Shown: positions 31,909 to 45,700 of the stretch, piece by piece
Numbering within the stretch: the first letter of the stretch is position 1
Layout: each line of letters starts with the position of its first letter
Assembly (NCBI GenBank): GCA_964106645.2
Contig: OZ067046.1
DNA length: 64,000 nucleotides
DNA from: Podarcis pityusensis
Taxonomy: Eukaryota
Reading direction: 5' to 3' (one strand)
The notes under the pieces: generated by a model
What the model was told of the DNA's origin: nothing
Databases searched by the model: none
What the model saw: the letters and a program-made list of their open reading frames with translations, nothing else
Position numbers and translations under genes: made by a program

Positions 31909-33609
31909 TTACAAAAAAAAATAAAAATTGAAAACATCAAAATATTTCTAATTTAAAAAGAAACCATGTTAGGAATAAAGACAATTTACATACTATTGAG
32001 GGGGTGACAACAGGAAATTAGGCACAGTATTAAGGCCAGCATTCATTAAAACAATACTAATGTATTTCTATGTTCATTTGTAACTCAAGAGGTACGGAGA
32101 AGAATTTACTTTAATGCATCCGTGTGAGAATGAATTAGTAATTTGCCATTATAACAAGATTAATGGATTGATTAAGGTGTACATTTTCTTCCTTGCAACT
32201 AAATCTGGTTTCTAATTTGGGGGGGGGAGCTGCTATTTGAAGGAGGGGTAGAGAATTAATAGAACAAAGTACTCAATATGGACTCTGTACCTGGGGAAAG
32301 AACTTTATAAAAAAAAGGAGAGAGGGAATGAGATCACTTCAACATACCACCTTTCTTTAAAAACAACAACACAAAATGTTAAGAGATATCAATTGCATAG
32401 GAATTTAAATATAAGGCCAAGCAGGAAACTAGGCATAATAAGGATCATTAAAAGAGCACTATGGTGTCAAGACCTAGGATTACATCCTACCAAGTCAGAG
32501 TTGAACCACTGAGCTCACTGGACATTAAGTCCATTGATTTCAACAGGTCTACAGTGAATATGGTGAATAACGCTCATAGTATTTCCATCTGAATTCTACT
32601 AAAAAAAAAATCACAGTATTTTCTAGTACTACAAACAGTGAATGTCAAACTGTCTCTTTAATTTTCATACTGAAAACCAATATTAAGGCTTGGTAGAAGT
32701 AGAAAACTTAAAACTCGTTGTTTAAACCTGATAAGTGTGTTAGCACCACAGTGCTATGTACGTACCTGATCTCAAGAGATCCTACCTTCTGTAAATAATG
32801 TAAAAGTAATGGTTTGCAAATGAAGTGTAAGGTTACTCATTACTGCACCCCATCAGTGATTTGCAGGACTATGCGAAGTTTAATTCTTCAGTACAAAAGA
32901 TCCCTCCCTGCAGAATCTTTGATCACTGAACAATGAACACTGTCACAAATGAAACTACAATAGGCGCTCCAGTATTGGTGTGATATTGCATAAGACAGAA
33001 GGGTAGATCCTAAAACCATTAATGACTATTATTAAGTCACAGCCATGTCTGTTAGGAAGGTAACCTGTAGCCTTCCAAATATTCTTTGCATGTATTAAAT
33101 ATAAAACATAGGTATTTAACAAATCATCTCTTGACATTTCAAGTAGATTAAAATTGTGAAACTATTTCATATTAATTCATTTTTGAGCTGTTAAAACGCA
33201 CTTCAGACCTTGATTTCTATATCATACGTAGCTTACTTTCTAGAATGCTATAAAATATAGTAGTGTTGGGAGAAAAAGGCGTTAGAAGTACATTAGCCGG
33301 GGGAAGCTGAACCAACATTTTAACGGGGGGAAAGTGCATAAGACATTGTAATACTACAAATGTGTTAACTTCAGGCCAAAACTTCTCTGGGACCTAAGCA
33401 ATACTATTTTACACATTATTTTACATGTATGATCTACCCAGATGCCACAGGTTACTGTTTTATCTCATGGTATCACCTTGATTTTCATATAACTGGGGGG
33501 GGGGGGGGAATCATTCAAGAATTGTCCAGTACTCTTCCATCAGTTAATGGCATAACTGCAGCTCTTTTTATAAATTTGAGGAGGACGACAATAGGATTCT
33601 CTTTTCTTT

Positions 33610-33768
33610 TCATTTTACAATTTTAGTTAGCGTTTCAGATTCTGTGGATTGCCTCCCGTCTGTCCAAGCTTCCCGCGTACTCTTCAGCGCTAGTGTTTTC
33701 TGCTGGTCAACCACAACATAATCCACTCTTTCATCCGCCACACTGCTGCCTGAACCGCTGCTCTTTTT
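33610..33768 (-). CDS. GAB1: GAB1 exon 11 coding part (159 nt, ends in TGA)
   Basis: [25 protein letters not shown]...TKIVK*. Confidence 0.97.
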   Translation of the reverse strand, partial: KKSSGSGSSVADERVDYVVVDQQKTLALKSTREAWTDGRQSTESETLTKIVK

Positions 33769-36700
33769 CTGGAGACAAAATGAAGAAAAGGGTAAGAACA
33801 AGGTAAGCTAAAACAAGTCTACAGGTTGGCTTCAGAGCATCCTTTTCATGAAAAGATAAGACTTCTTTGCAGAAGGGACTAAGATTCAGCTGAGTCTCCC
33901 AGCAAGGGAAGGAGGGGGCAGTTTTGGCCAATCTACCCCCCTGCCCTGGCAAATCCTCAAACCATCAACTACACTGTTCCCGGGAGACCCCAGCTCTTGA
34001 GAACAGCTTTTCAGGGGGCTGCAGGGGTAAGGAAGAATCTGCACATATTTCCTTCCCCCACTTTTTCAAGTGAGAGTGTCCAATGGGCAACTCATTGAAA
34101 CTCGGGTCCCGCCAAAATGTAAGACAAATGTATCAGTGAATATAATTATTTGCACTGTACCATTTTCATTAAAACAACACCTATTCATCTCACCTATCCT
34201 CAAAGCATGGTACAGTATGTGGAAAACTGGCTGCAAGAAAAGCCTAAGTGTAGCAATATAATGGCAGGTGACATTAAAGATTCCATGGTTTTCCATAGGG
34301 TTTCCCAAAACCTAGTCTCCAGCGTTTCCCAAAATTGAGTCTCCAGCTGTTTTTGGACTACAACTCCCATCATCCCTAGCTAGCAGGACCAGTGGTCAGG
34401 GATGATGTGAACGGTAGTCCAAAAACAGCTTGAGACCTAAATTTGGGAAACCCTGTGCTAGATTACTGGTGGCAAGTTTTAACTGATAGATGAAGCTGGT
34501 TTAGTATTAATAGGCAGAAGCCAATTTTAATTAGTGAGGCTGATGATAAAAGTCATTTAGTTCTTAAAGCTGTATTAATTGTGATGTGGTAATGTGGAAT
34601 GAAAAAGCAAATATTAAATACAGCATTTTCTCCTAAAAATAAGTAGTTGTCCTGGGACAATTTAATAAACAAAAATTTACCTGTATCTTGATGGAGAAAA
34701 AAAATCCCCTGACACAATGACTGCCAGATTCATTGCCCAGCTGAGAAGGGAAGTTTTTCACTCCCATTGACTATAATGAAGGTAATGAACTATAGTAGCC
34801 CATTTCACTGATTCGTTGTAGTCTGCCAGTTCTGCAGGCATGGCAAGGGCTGTGTTATGTGGTGTATGCACAACCACACTCCATGTGCCTCATTTCCCCC
34901 TGTTCTGACAGTCTGACAATGCTGGAAGAAAATCTATACTGGTGAAACATTTCTGCCAGTATGCCAGGGAACCTCTAGCAACATATCTTGTTAACCCCAG
35001 AAAGGCACCTATATTGTAACTAATAAACCACTCAGTTTTGTTTACCTTGCGAGGTGGGGTAGATTTTCCAGAATCTAAATCCAGATCTAAATATTCCACT
35101 TGCTTATCTTTAGGTTTTACCATAGGACTACTTCCCCCATCGAGACTGTTGCTCCCAAACAGAACCTGAAATTATAATTAAAATGTTTAAGTCAGCAACG
35201 GACGGTGACAACTTTAATGGAATGTAGTGCTCACTGCACAGCACGTGAGAAACTGACTAGACACATCACATTTTGCAACATGCCTTGTAACATAGCCCTG
35301 AATATAAGCAATTCTGAAAATGAGGTAACGAAAATGTCATTCTTGAACCGTTTAACTACCTGTGTCCCATACTAAAAAAGCTCTATCTGTGCTATATATT
35401 TTATAGCAGTATCATACCTCAGAAGATCATGGATTCATCTCAAAAAGTTATGGGAACTGTAGTTTGCTAAGGATGTAGAGAGTTATTACTATAACTACAA
35501 TTTATTACCCCTGTCCCTAAGGTCCCAGGGCAGGTTACAACAATTAAAATACAACGCTAATATTAATGTAATATTACACAATATTTAAAACAGTTTAAAA
35601 CAACTAATAATTACAGAAATAAGGCGGGTCCATATCTATCTATCTATCATCTATCTATCTATCTTCAATCTAGTTAGCTAGCTCAGGCATCAAATGTCAG
35701 GGTAAAGAGGTGCATCTTCAGCATTCGCCAAAAGCTATATAAGGAAGGTGCCAGACGCACTTCTGTGGAAAGGGAGTTCCACAACTTAGGGGCTGCCACA
35801 GAGAATGTCCTCTCCTGGGCCACCCCCTACCCTGAGCTTCTGAGGGCAGTGGAACAACCAAGAGGACACCCTCTGCCAATCTTACCTCCCAAGATGGTAT
35901 GTAGGGGAGGAGAGGGTCTTTCAGGCATTTGGGCCCTGCATCATTTAGGGCTTTAAACACTAACGTGAGCACCTTGAATTAGACCCAGAAATAAACCAGC
36001 AAACAATGCCGTTGTTTTAAAACATGGGATATATGAGATCTGAGAAGAACCCAAGCCAGCAATCTGGCCACTTCATTTTGGACCAATTGAAGTTTCTGAG
36101 TCATCTTCAAGGGTGGCCCAATGTAGAATGCATTAGAATAATCCAATCTGGAAGTTATCAAAGCATGTAGTATAGTGCCTCCTCCCCACCCAAAAAAGTT
36201 GTGATGAGTGGTATGATACTACTTCAAATGTATGGTGCAGATGAGGTCCATGACATCATTTTAGAAAGAGCTGCACAGTAAAGAGAGTACTTAAAATGAA
36301 AACTACATACTGGATCATCACTGGACTGATTTGGATTCATGGGTACATAATTCTCTTCACTGTCATGTGAATCACTGCTGGAAGTTGTGCTATGGACTGA
36401 ATCTGGTCGGGGAGACAAAGGAAACCTGGAGGAACTAAAATAAAGAGACATTGGTTTTAAAAAGTGAAACTGGAACCATCTTATGTATGCTTTGCAGCTG
36501 TATTATTATATTTGTTTAAAATGTTTATAATATTTATACTTCCCCACCATACCTTTTTAAAAAAGAAATAAAAGTTCAATGAAGCAAAATACAATAAAAA
36601 CCTCAGTAATAACCAAGCAGATTGAGAGATGATGATCATTACAGCAGTATCGAAATGTAATTTTTAAAATCCCATTTTTGACAATGCGGCATATATTTGT

Positions 36701-39700
36701 GTGTCTTAGGTTGTGAGACAGGATGCCAAGACACCAAGAAAATGTAGACCTTGGTAGGAAAACAGGTTCTCCATCGCTGCACTAGGGTATATGCTGCATT
36801 GAACATGTTCAGAAGTAATTCTGAATGAACATGTGTAGTCTTACGCTGCAAAAACACACCAAACCAAAACACACAATCTCAACACTGTGAGACTTGTTTA
36901 TAAGTAAGCATACATAGAACTGGGGTGAAATGCTTTTTTTCACACCAAAGGTTTACTTGTATAATACACACATATGCACAAAAGCAAATATTTAATTTCT
37001 TAAAAGGGTGAGAAGACTTACTCTCGTGTAAAACTTCTGGTGATCGGAGATCTAACTGGAGCTGGCAATTCTTCCCATTCAGGGAGAGGTTTTATTTCTA
37101 GTGGTGCTGGTTTCACTATATAAAGAAGCAAACAAGTTTTTTAAATAATGTACTAGGAAAGAACTACAGTTCCTCAAAAGGAATTCTTACAATATTATTG
37201 CAATTCCCATTATTTTAAGGTCAGTGAGGAAATAATTTGGAATAGGAATGTGTTAAAATTAGAGAGCTTCTTCAAATACTTGAGTTTTATATATATAATT
37301 TCAGTTTACTATCAAACACTAACTAATGGCTACTGCTAATTGAATGATGTAACAGCTAACAATTACTACATTTAGAAACATTAATGTACGAATCTACTCT
37401 ATGAGGTGCCTCCAAATCTCACCTTTTTAGGCTCTTGTGACCACAGTGAGTCATTAACAATCTAAACTGAGTCAAACTCTCATATAAACAGCATGGTTTC
37501 TGTTTTGTACACAAACTGCTTTGCTACAGAAACTAGGAAGAAAGGGGCTTTTCTTTGCACCAATGTAAGCTCTTCAGGTCTGTTTGTCTTCTCTTACACA
37601 TGCAGAATTTAATAGGTTTCATTAATGTGCATTAATAGGAAGAAGTAGCTTTGAGCCTTGAATGCTCTCCCTTCCACTCTTGTGTAGCAGAAGTTCAGTA
37701 GAATTTAGTTTTACTTTCCATGAATCCAGACTTATGATCCAGAGATCATGGTTTAAAATAAACTCTTATTTACTGAATGGTTTATTTTAAACCGTTTTAA
37801 ACTTTTGTCAATTTCACAACAACCCAACTTCAAAACATCTTGTTTTGAAACACGCTAGAAGTTGTTTCAAACCATGATCTCTGTTTCATAAGGTACAACA
37901 AGCCAGGATTCTAAATGCTGCCAAAGTCCTTCACCCAACCATGCAGGAAGAGAAAGAGATGGGGAATGTACAAGCCTGAGATTTATAGCAGCTCCTTCCT
38001 GCTTATGTATATAGGGCTAAGCCATGGTTTAGAATGAAATGTCAGTGCAAACACTGCCTTTCTGCATATTTATTTACTTTACAAATTTACACACCATTTC
38101 ACGGCCTGAAATCTTCAAGGGTGGGGACACTGGGGTGTATAACCAAGCAGAGTTATATCTTGCAGGTGCATTTTTAAAAAAATTGTCTTGATGTAGCATG
38201 ATTATGTAGCTATCTTAAGGCTCTGCTAGTTTGGGGGAGGGGGCAATACTTCTTGGCAATTGAAAACAGTCCATATTAAAAATGCATAACTGCTATTTTA
38301 CAAAATGAATAGCTATGGGTAATATTCAATGTTTGTCATACTCAGAGGAGCCCCATTGAAATCTGAGCATGTTAGTTGCACATCACCCTATATCCCCAGC
38401 CTTATCCTACAATAACACTCTCCCCCCCCCCCCCGAAATTGATCCCACCTTTCTAGGATTCATTGCAGTGTATCTGCAGGCTAGTTTATTTAGGATTAAA
38501 GAACAGTTTTAAGCACTTAGGTCAGTCACATACAGTAAATTATCTGCATATGGTGTTTCTGACAGACCTAATAAGTATGTACTCATAAGTACATCACCCT
38601 GTTTAGGGAAGTTTTTAAGAATTGATGTTTTTATTATATTTTTAGATATGTTGTAAGCCACCCAGAGTGGCTGGGGTATAAATAATAAAATTATTATTAT
38701 TACAGTCGTACCTTGGTTTTTGAACAGCTTCGTTCTCGAATGTTTGGCTCACGAATGCTGCAAACCCGGAAGTGACTGTTCCAGTTTGCGAACTATTTTT
38801 GGAAGCCGAACATCCGATGGGGCTTCTGCGGCTTCTGATTAGCTACAGGAACTTCCTGCAGTCAATCAGAAGCCATGCTTTGGTTTCTGAATGTTTTGGA
38901 AGTCGAACGGACTTCTGAAACGAATTATGTTCAACTTCCAAGGCACGACTGTATTATAAGTAAGAACCACTGACTTCAATGGGACTTATTCGTAAGTACA
39001 GTCATACCTCATGTTACGTTTGCTTCATGTTAAGTTCTTTCAGGTTACGTCCTGCGGTGACCCAGAAGTACCAGAAAGGGTTACTTCCAGGTTTCACCGC
39101 TCGCACATGCGCAGATGCGCAAAATGACGTCACGTGCATGTGCAGAAGCGGCGAATCGCAACCCACGCATGCACAGACGCGCCGCTGCGGGTTGTGCTCT
39201 TTTCATGTTGCGAACGGGACTCCGGAACGGATCCCGTTTGCAACCAGAGGTACCACTGTATGTTTATGTAGCAGTACAGCCTTAAGCACTTTTCAGTATT
39301 TATGAGACTAGATAACAGGGGTCTGTTTTGCAAATGCCCAAACAGAGTAGGGGACTGCACCATTCACAAGCTTTCAAGGCACTTGGTTTTCAGAGCAGTC
39401 TGAAGTAGCAGATTGTATTTAAAAGCGTCTTAAAACCCTCAGACAGATTCTAAAGTGTTCGTGTGGTGATGGGGAACATCATAACTGTGAAGCACTTTTA
39501 ACAAGTCCTCTGAATCATTTGAAAGTATAAACATGCAAATGTATACTTCATATTTTCACACCAATGAACTTCACAGGAATTTTAAATTGTGCCTACACAA
39601 ACATACCTAGGAGCAAGTCCATGGAAATGTAAGTGCTATGATATATACATCGTAAAGTAATGGTCTACAGTGAAAGCCTTTTCCTCTGATTCTTATTACC

Positions 39701-42700
39701 TAGCGGAGAGGAAAATACATTCTGCATATACCTAAAGGGACAGTTCTTTGTCACATATTCCAGATTCTGGGGCTGCAGGAACATTGCCTATCTCAAATGG
39801 AGCTCCACACAGCTGCAAAGTCTCCAAAGGCACCAATATTTTTTGAAAGCAATATGAGCAGCAACTTGTCCACTGACTGAGGGCAGCGACAGTTGACAAC
39901 TGAAGACCTTTAGTAGATACATACTAGGAGCGGAAAAACTGTTTCATTCAAATGACAGTGAGATCCACAGCTATGTGCTAAATGGTGATTTGGCCATTAT
40001 AACACGCTACTTTTCTAGCATTATTTAAAACCTCCCTCTCCAATGGGGCAATGCAGTAAACACTAGCCTATCTCAAATTTTCAGTGCTTGTTGTATATAG
40101 TTCGGGGGTTTTTTTTAAAGTATTGTAATACTAAAGCAGTCCTATAAAGATCCCAATAGCTGCATCCCAATAGCCACACTATCTGCACCTTCAAGCATTT
40201 CACATTAGAAAACGTTAGTTAAAATAACCTGCAGACTGGAAAGATATTTGAAAACAAACAGTTATACAATCATTAAGCAGGCAGGGCTAATTGCTGACTG
40301 AAGGAAAGATGCTTTTATGTACAGCATATTCCATTTTCTGTGTGCTAAGAATGCCTCTTAAGCAGGAAATATTGCGGCTAACAAATAAGCGGACCAATAA
40401 ATTGAGATAAGAGTAGCGACGACCATGTTTTTATAAGAGTTCCCCTTTTAGAAAACATTTCCATACACAGCCCCAGATACCATGCAGTGCTGAAGTACAT
40501 ACCCTTTCTTCTTGTAGTAAATTCACCTATGGTTTGGGAATCTGTTCGCTCTAAACCATGTGGCTTAGGTCTTAAAATTTTAGGGCTCTGACCTAATTGG
40601 TAAAAAGAAGAGTCTCTCTTAATATAGTTTTTTTTTTTAAAAAAATTAATAACTGGAAAAAATGGAACCCTATAAACAAATTGCCAAGCCCCTTGCAGAA
40701 AGGTGATGCTTAGAAGCGAAAGCAAGCAGCTGGTGAAAAGAGTCCTGCAGTGTGGCAAAAGCACATGCTAGTGCATAAGCACGACATTCAGAATGCATGA
40801 TGGAAACATGCATGGAAGAGACAATGTAAGAAGAGATGGTAGAATGCCATCAACTGATAGGTCTCCTTAATTACAGGAAGGAGGTTCACAGGTGGTGTTG
40901 TCATATCCCCTGAAAGGCCATGCACACAGTTTGAGAGTGCTCCTAGATTTGGAGCTGACTGAGGAAGTGCAGGGGGCATCGGTGACCAGGACCACTTTTC
41001 ACCACCTTCTGCTGGTATGCCAAGTGCACCTCTATCTGGAGGAGCTGACCTTACAGCAGCAGTCCACGCTCTGGTCACATCCAGACTGCTGCAATGCACT
41101 CTACATGGCACCGCCTTCAAAGATGGTTCGGAAACTTCAGCTGGTCCAGAACTGGCCAAAAATGCACATCCAAAATGTATGTGAAGGGTCACTGTGGGTC
41201 ACAATCTGTAATGGCAAGTTCATGCTAATTCCTGTAGGAAAGTATCTTTTCTGTGTTGCCTTAAATACTGCTCTTTATGCCATAAAGCAGATTTTGGGAT
41301 AGTGGGGAAAGTTTTCAAAGAGCAATAATCACGCTTCGGATTAACCCTATTGGCTACAATACTGCACTGCACTGGATACTGATGCATTTCTGGGATCAGT
41401 TTAGTTTTTTGACCCTGAAAACCCACAATGATTTGAGCCCATGTTGTTTATTGGACTGCCTGTACCAATGTTATCCTGCTCACATTTTAAGAACTGCTTT
41501 TGAGGCTTACCCTGGGATGCCTGTCTCCTAGGTTGGTAAGATGGGTGGCCACAAGGGAGATGCCCTTCTCTGTGGTGGCCCCATGGCTATGGACTTCGTT
41601 CCCCTTGGATTATGTCGGATTTCTATATTGTAGGCTTTTTGCAAGGCCTATAGATCTGGACTACCGTCATGTGCTGGACTACCACCATGTGGCTGTCTCC
41701 ACTGTCTTGTAGGAGAAAGATGATTAGATCATTATATTGGAAAAGATCATTATATTGGAAAAGACTTTCCAGCAAAATCAGTCTTCAAATACAAATGAAG
41801 CTGTTCTCTGGCTGCAGCAGCCAATGGGACCTCATATGTTCATGTTCTTCACTGCAGGCCATCTCCTTAGCATGCTAAGCTTAGAATCACTTTATGAAAC
41901 AAAATTCCACATAGAAAAATGCATGAAAACAGTATGTGATGATCAGACATGCATTACTACTAGATGTGCAGTGCACATGCTCAACCGATGGTGGTGGAAA
42001 CCTCCTGGTGAATGCATATCACATGTTCTGTGCACAGGTACTGATTCTGCCTCCGTGGGATGACTGCCAGTGTCAGGGTGAAACAGAGTGACTGTGCAAA
42101 GAATTTAATTTTGCCCCAAATGAGTGGATGTCTGCCACTAAAGATGGGGGGGGGGGGAGGGATGAACTCTGGGGAGAGTGAACTCTGCTATATACCAATG
42201 GTATGGAGCTAAACCTGCCTCCTATTCCTACTCCTGAGCCCCCAATTTTTAACATTAATATGCTGTAAAAAACAAAACAAAACACCTGTTTCTGATGCAT
42301 TGGCCTGGCTCACACATCACTAAGACAAACTATGGCCTTCTGGGACCATGCAAATGTATGGGCTCCTAGAGAGGAGAGGCGCTCACAGCCGCTTTGCTCC
42401 TCTCTGGCCCTTTTTACTCCTGTGCTGCCCTGCCCTTAGCAAAGCCATTATTTGTCATCTGAACATCGGTTTCTGGTTAAGTTTCCTCCTTGCTAATTAT
42501 GAATAAAACTTGTTTTGGAGCAAGAAAGTAACTGCGCCAATTGGTTTTCTTTAAATAGGTATCTGTAAAACTGTGGATTACTGCAATTTAAAACCAAACA
42601 AAACCAAATCCAGGCATAATTTCTAATCCCCAAGATGCAGCATTGGTTTACAGAGGACATCCCTTTTTAGCTGTTAACAATAGACCTGACTTCCTTTTGG

Positions 42701-45700
42701 TGAAGACGCATTCACAAACTTGTGCTTGTCCTAGTGTACTTACTGTATCTTATTGTGCTGAACTGTATCAAACCATAGCTTTTAATGCATTTATTGTTGA
42801 TTGATTATATGCATTGCCATTTTAATTTCCTTGTTAACAGCCTTGCAGATCATTATTATTTGAAATGCAACCGTAAATAAAATAAACGTTAAAAAAATGT
42901 AGAAGACTTTGTTAGCTCTTCTTTATATCCCTTATATTGTCTTGAGGTCACAAGTCATTCAAGTGGGGAACAGTTCATTAGTCATACTGAACCATGTTAA
43001 TATCCATGTACATCTGGCTTCAGCAGTTTGTGGGTTACAATTCTATTCTAGTCTACTCTACCACAGTAACCTAAAATTGTCAGTCATCTTGAGGGCTACA
43101 GAACAGAATATAAATTTTAAATAAATAAAACAAAACCTTATCAAAGAGACTTTCAACTTAGTTACCTACTATTAAGATTATTTAATACACAGAAAAAGCA
43201 ATGCTCTTTACCAGCCACAGGGAAAAGTTATTTATAAACAGGGTAAATTAAAATTTAGTCAGGAGTTAACCTATAGTATTGGACCCTAAGGTAAGTTGAC
43301 CTAAAGAAAGTCATGGAAGGAAAGTTCTGTTCNNNNNNNNNNNNNNNNNNNNNNNNNNNNNNNNNNNNNNNNNNNNNNNNNNNNNNNNNNNNNNNNNNNN
43401 NNNNNNNNNNNNNNNNNNNNNNNNNNNNNNNNNNNNNNNNNNNNNNNNNNNNNNNNNNNNNNNNNCCATTGTTGAGGATAACTCCCAGTCATCCACAGAG
43501 GCCTTTCAGGGGTGCAGGTTGATGCAAGGAGGAGAATGAGAAAGGAGCTTTCCTTCCATGAACTTCCTTAATTAAGCTTCTCTTGATATCCAAGCAAGAG
43601 GCACTTTAAAGATCCAACCTAGATATCTCTAGGGCAGAATACTAGACAGCTGTCATTAGTTAAGCAAGTTAAAAGTTTCCTAGCAGTGCTCACCATGTAT
43701 CACTGCATATGAAATGCTATGTTACTATCTTGACAGGTATATAAACTAAAAAAAGCAATGTTACATCCTTGTTTTAACACAGCTACAAAGACAGGAGCAC
43801 AGGACAAACCCAAGAACCAAACTTGAAAGTGAAATTTGCTTTCTGTTTTGCCTTATATAAAGGGAGGGGGACATATATGCATGTATATTCATATATAAAG
43901 TTATAGAACTGCTGTTATCTTTTCCAAGTCGGCACACAACAACTGTCTTTTCTCTATATGTTCAATTTATAAATGCAAAAGTATCAAATTCGGTGGGTGG
44001 GGGGAAGACCTCATTCTTCCACCTCCAGCATCAGAGGCCCTATACCTCTGAATACCAGTTGCTGAGGAACATGAATGGGGAAATGGTACTGTGCTCATGT
44101 CCTTCTTGTGGACTTCCCCAAAGGCATCTGACTGGCCCCTATGAGAACAGAATGCCTGTCTAGATGAGCCATCTTCATCCATATGTACTAAGAAACGTAT
44201 TCTGAATTCTAGATTATATTCCAAGTTCAAAGCATGGTGTTTTTTAACCTGCGTTTTGCCATCAAATAGTTTTCTGTACTATTGGCTTACAGCTTAACAA
44301 TGATCAATATGACAGCATCTCAATATAGCTCTACTGAAGGAAAAGGCCGATAGCAGGATAGACGGCAACAATGCTGAGCAAGAAAGGAAATGCACATTTC
44401 AAACAAGATCTTTCTGAGAACTTTGATCTCATCCGTCCCTCTAACTGCAAGCACGGTTCTTTTTCATTCTTTATTACCAACCAATTCAATACGGTTTGTT
44501 TTTGTTTTTGTTCCATTTAACTAATAGATTTTAGATGAATGCCATCCAGTAGTGCTGAGAGGTAACAGGGATTTTCCCAAGCTGAAATCCAATTTGCTAG
44601 CAATGCTGCTTGCAACATTCCATCACCAACACATGCAAGCTTTGAGAGGTTTAAGCAGCAGAAAGCATAATTACCCCAAATGCATAATTCACTAGACACA
44701 GTGCTGTCAAAAACATTCTTGAAATGACATTTATTTCTGACACATATATACTTAAACATTTGGTGCCTTTTAGTTTTTTAAAATTAAGACTTGCTTGTCT
44801 CCGTATGGCCATTTCCCCTGTGAATGAGCCACAGTGAGCCTTGGGTTCATATACTTCCCTTAATCATTTCCCTCAACATGCAGGTCAGGTGTTGGTGTTT
44901 AGAAGCTTCTGCTTAGGCTTTTACTTTAATCACAGTTTGCCATGTTAGCTGAATGTTGCTGTTACCAGTAAATATGATTAGTTTTAAAAACCCAATTTCA
45001 ATCAGTTATGGCGTGAATGGAAACTAGCCATACGGTTAATGTTCTTCACAGTTTGTTGGTCTGGATGCGATTAAGCAAAAGCAGAAGCCTCTGCACTGCC
45101 GCTTCCAGCCACACGGAGAAAGGTGAGAGGGTGCAAGGCAGACGCTGCATACAACACATTCCTCCTGGTCCACATTATGCTAAAGTAGTGTGATGTGTGA
45201 ATGCAGCCATTAATTCACAATACATTACACTGGCCAATGCTGCCAGGTTAGGTAGCTTCTGGTACAGCCTTCCAGAGGTCTCTTCCTCATTTATGGAAAT
45301 AGCTGTTAACTGGGAGAGGAAGATTCGTGATGCCAAATGCAAACAGCTAAGTATTTGACCCTTCAGAAAGGCATATGCGCATAGAAACTCATACATTTAA
45401 ATAGACAGTACAGAAAATCTGACGGTCAGCTGCCCACAGGTTGTTTGTAATTGTGAATTGCGGATTTTATGTGAATGAAAAAGAATGCAAAACTGCTAAT
45501 ACTTAGCATATGCCTACCTGCTAAGGCAGGCTTCCTCAACCTCAGCCCTCCAGATGTTTTGGCCTACAACTCCCATGATCCTTAGCTAGCAGGACCAGTA
45601 GTCAGGGATGATGGGAATTATAGTCTCAAAACATCTGGAGGGCCGAGTTAAAGGAAGCCTGTACTAAGGTTTTTGTAAATGCTATTTTTAAAGCAGCAGC

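Noticed and set aside
43301-43522. ORFs containing X runs
   Set aside because: Artefacts of the N gap
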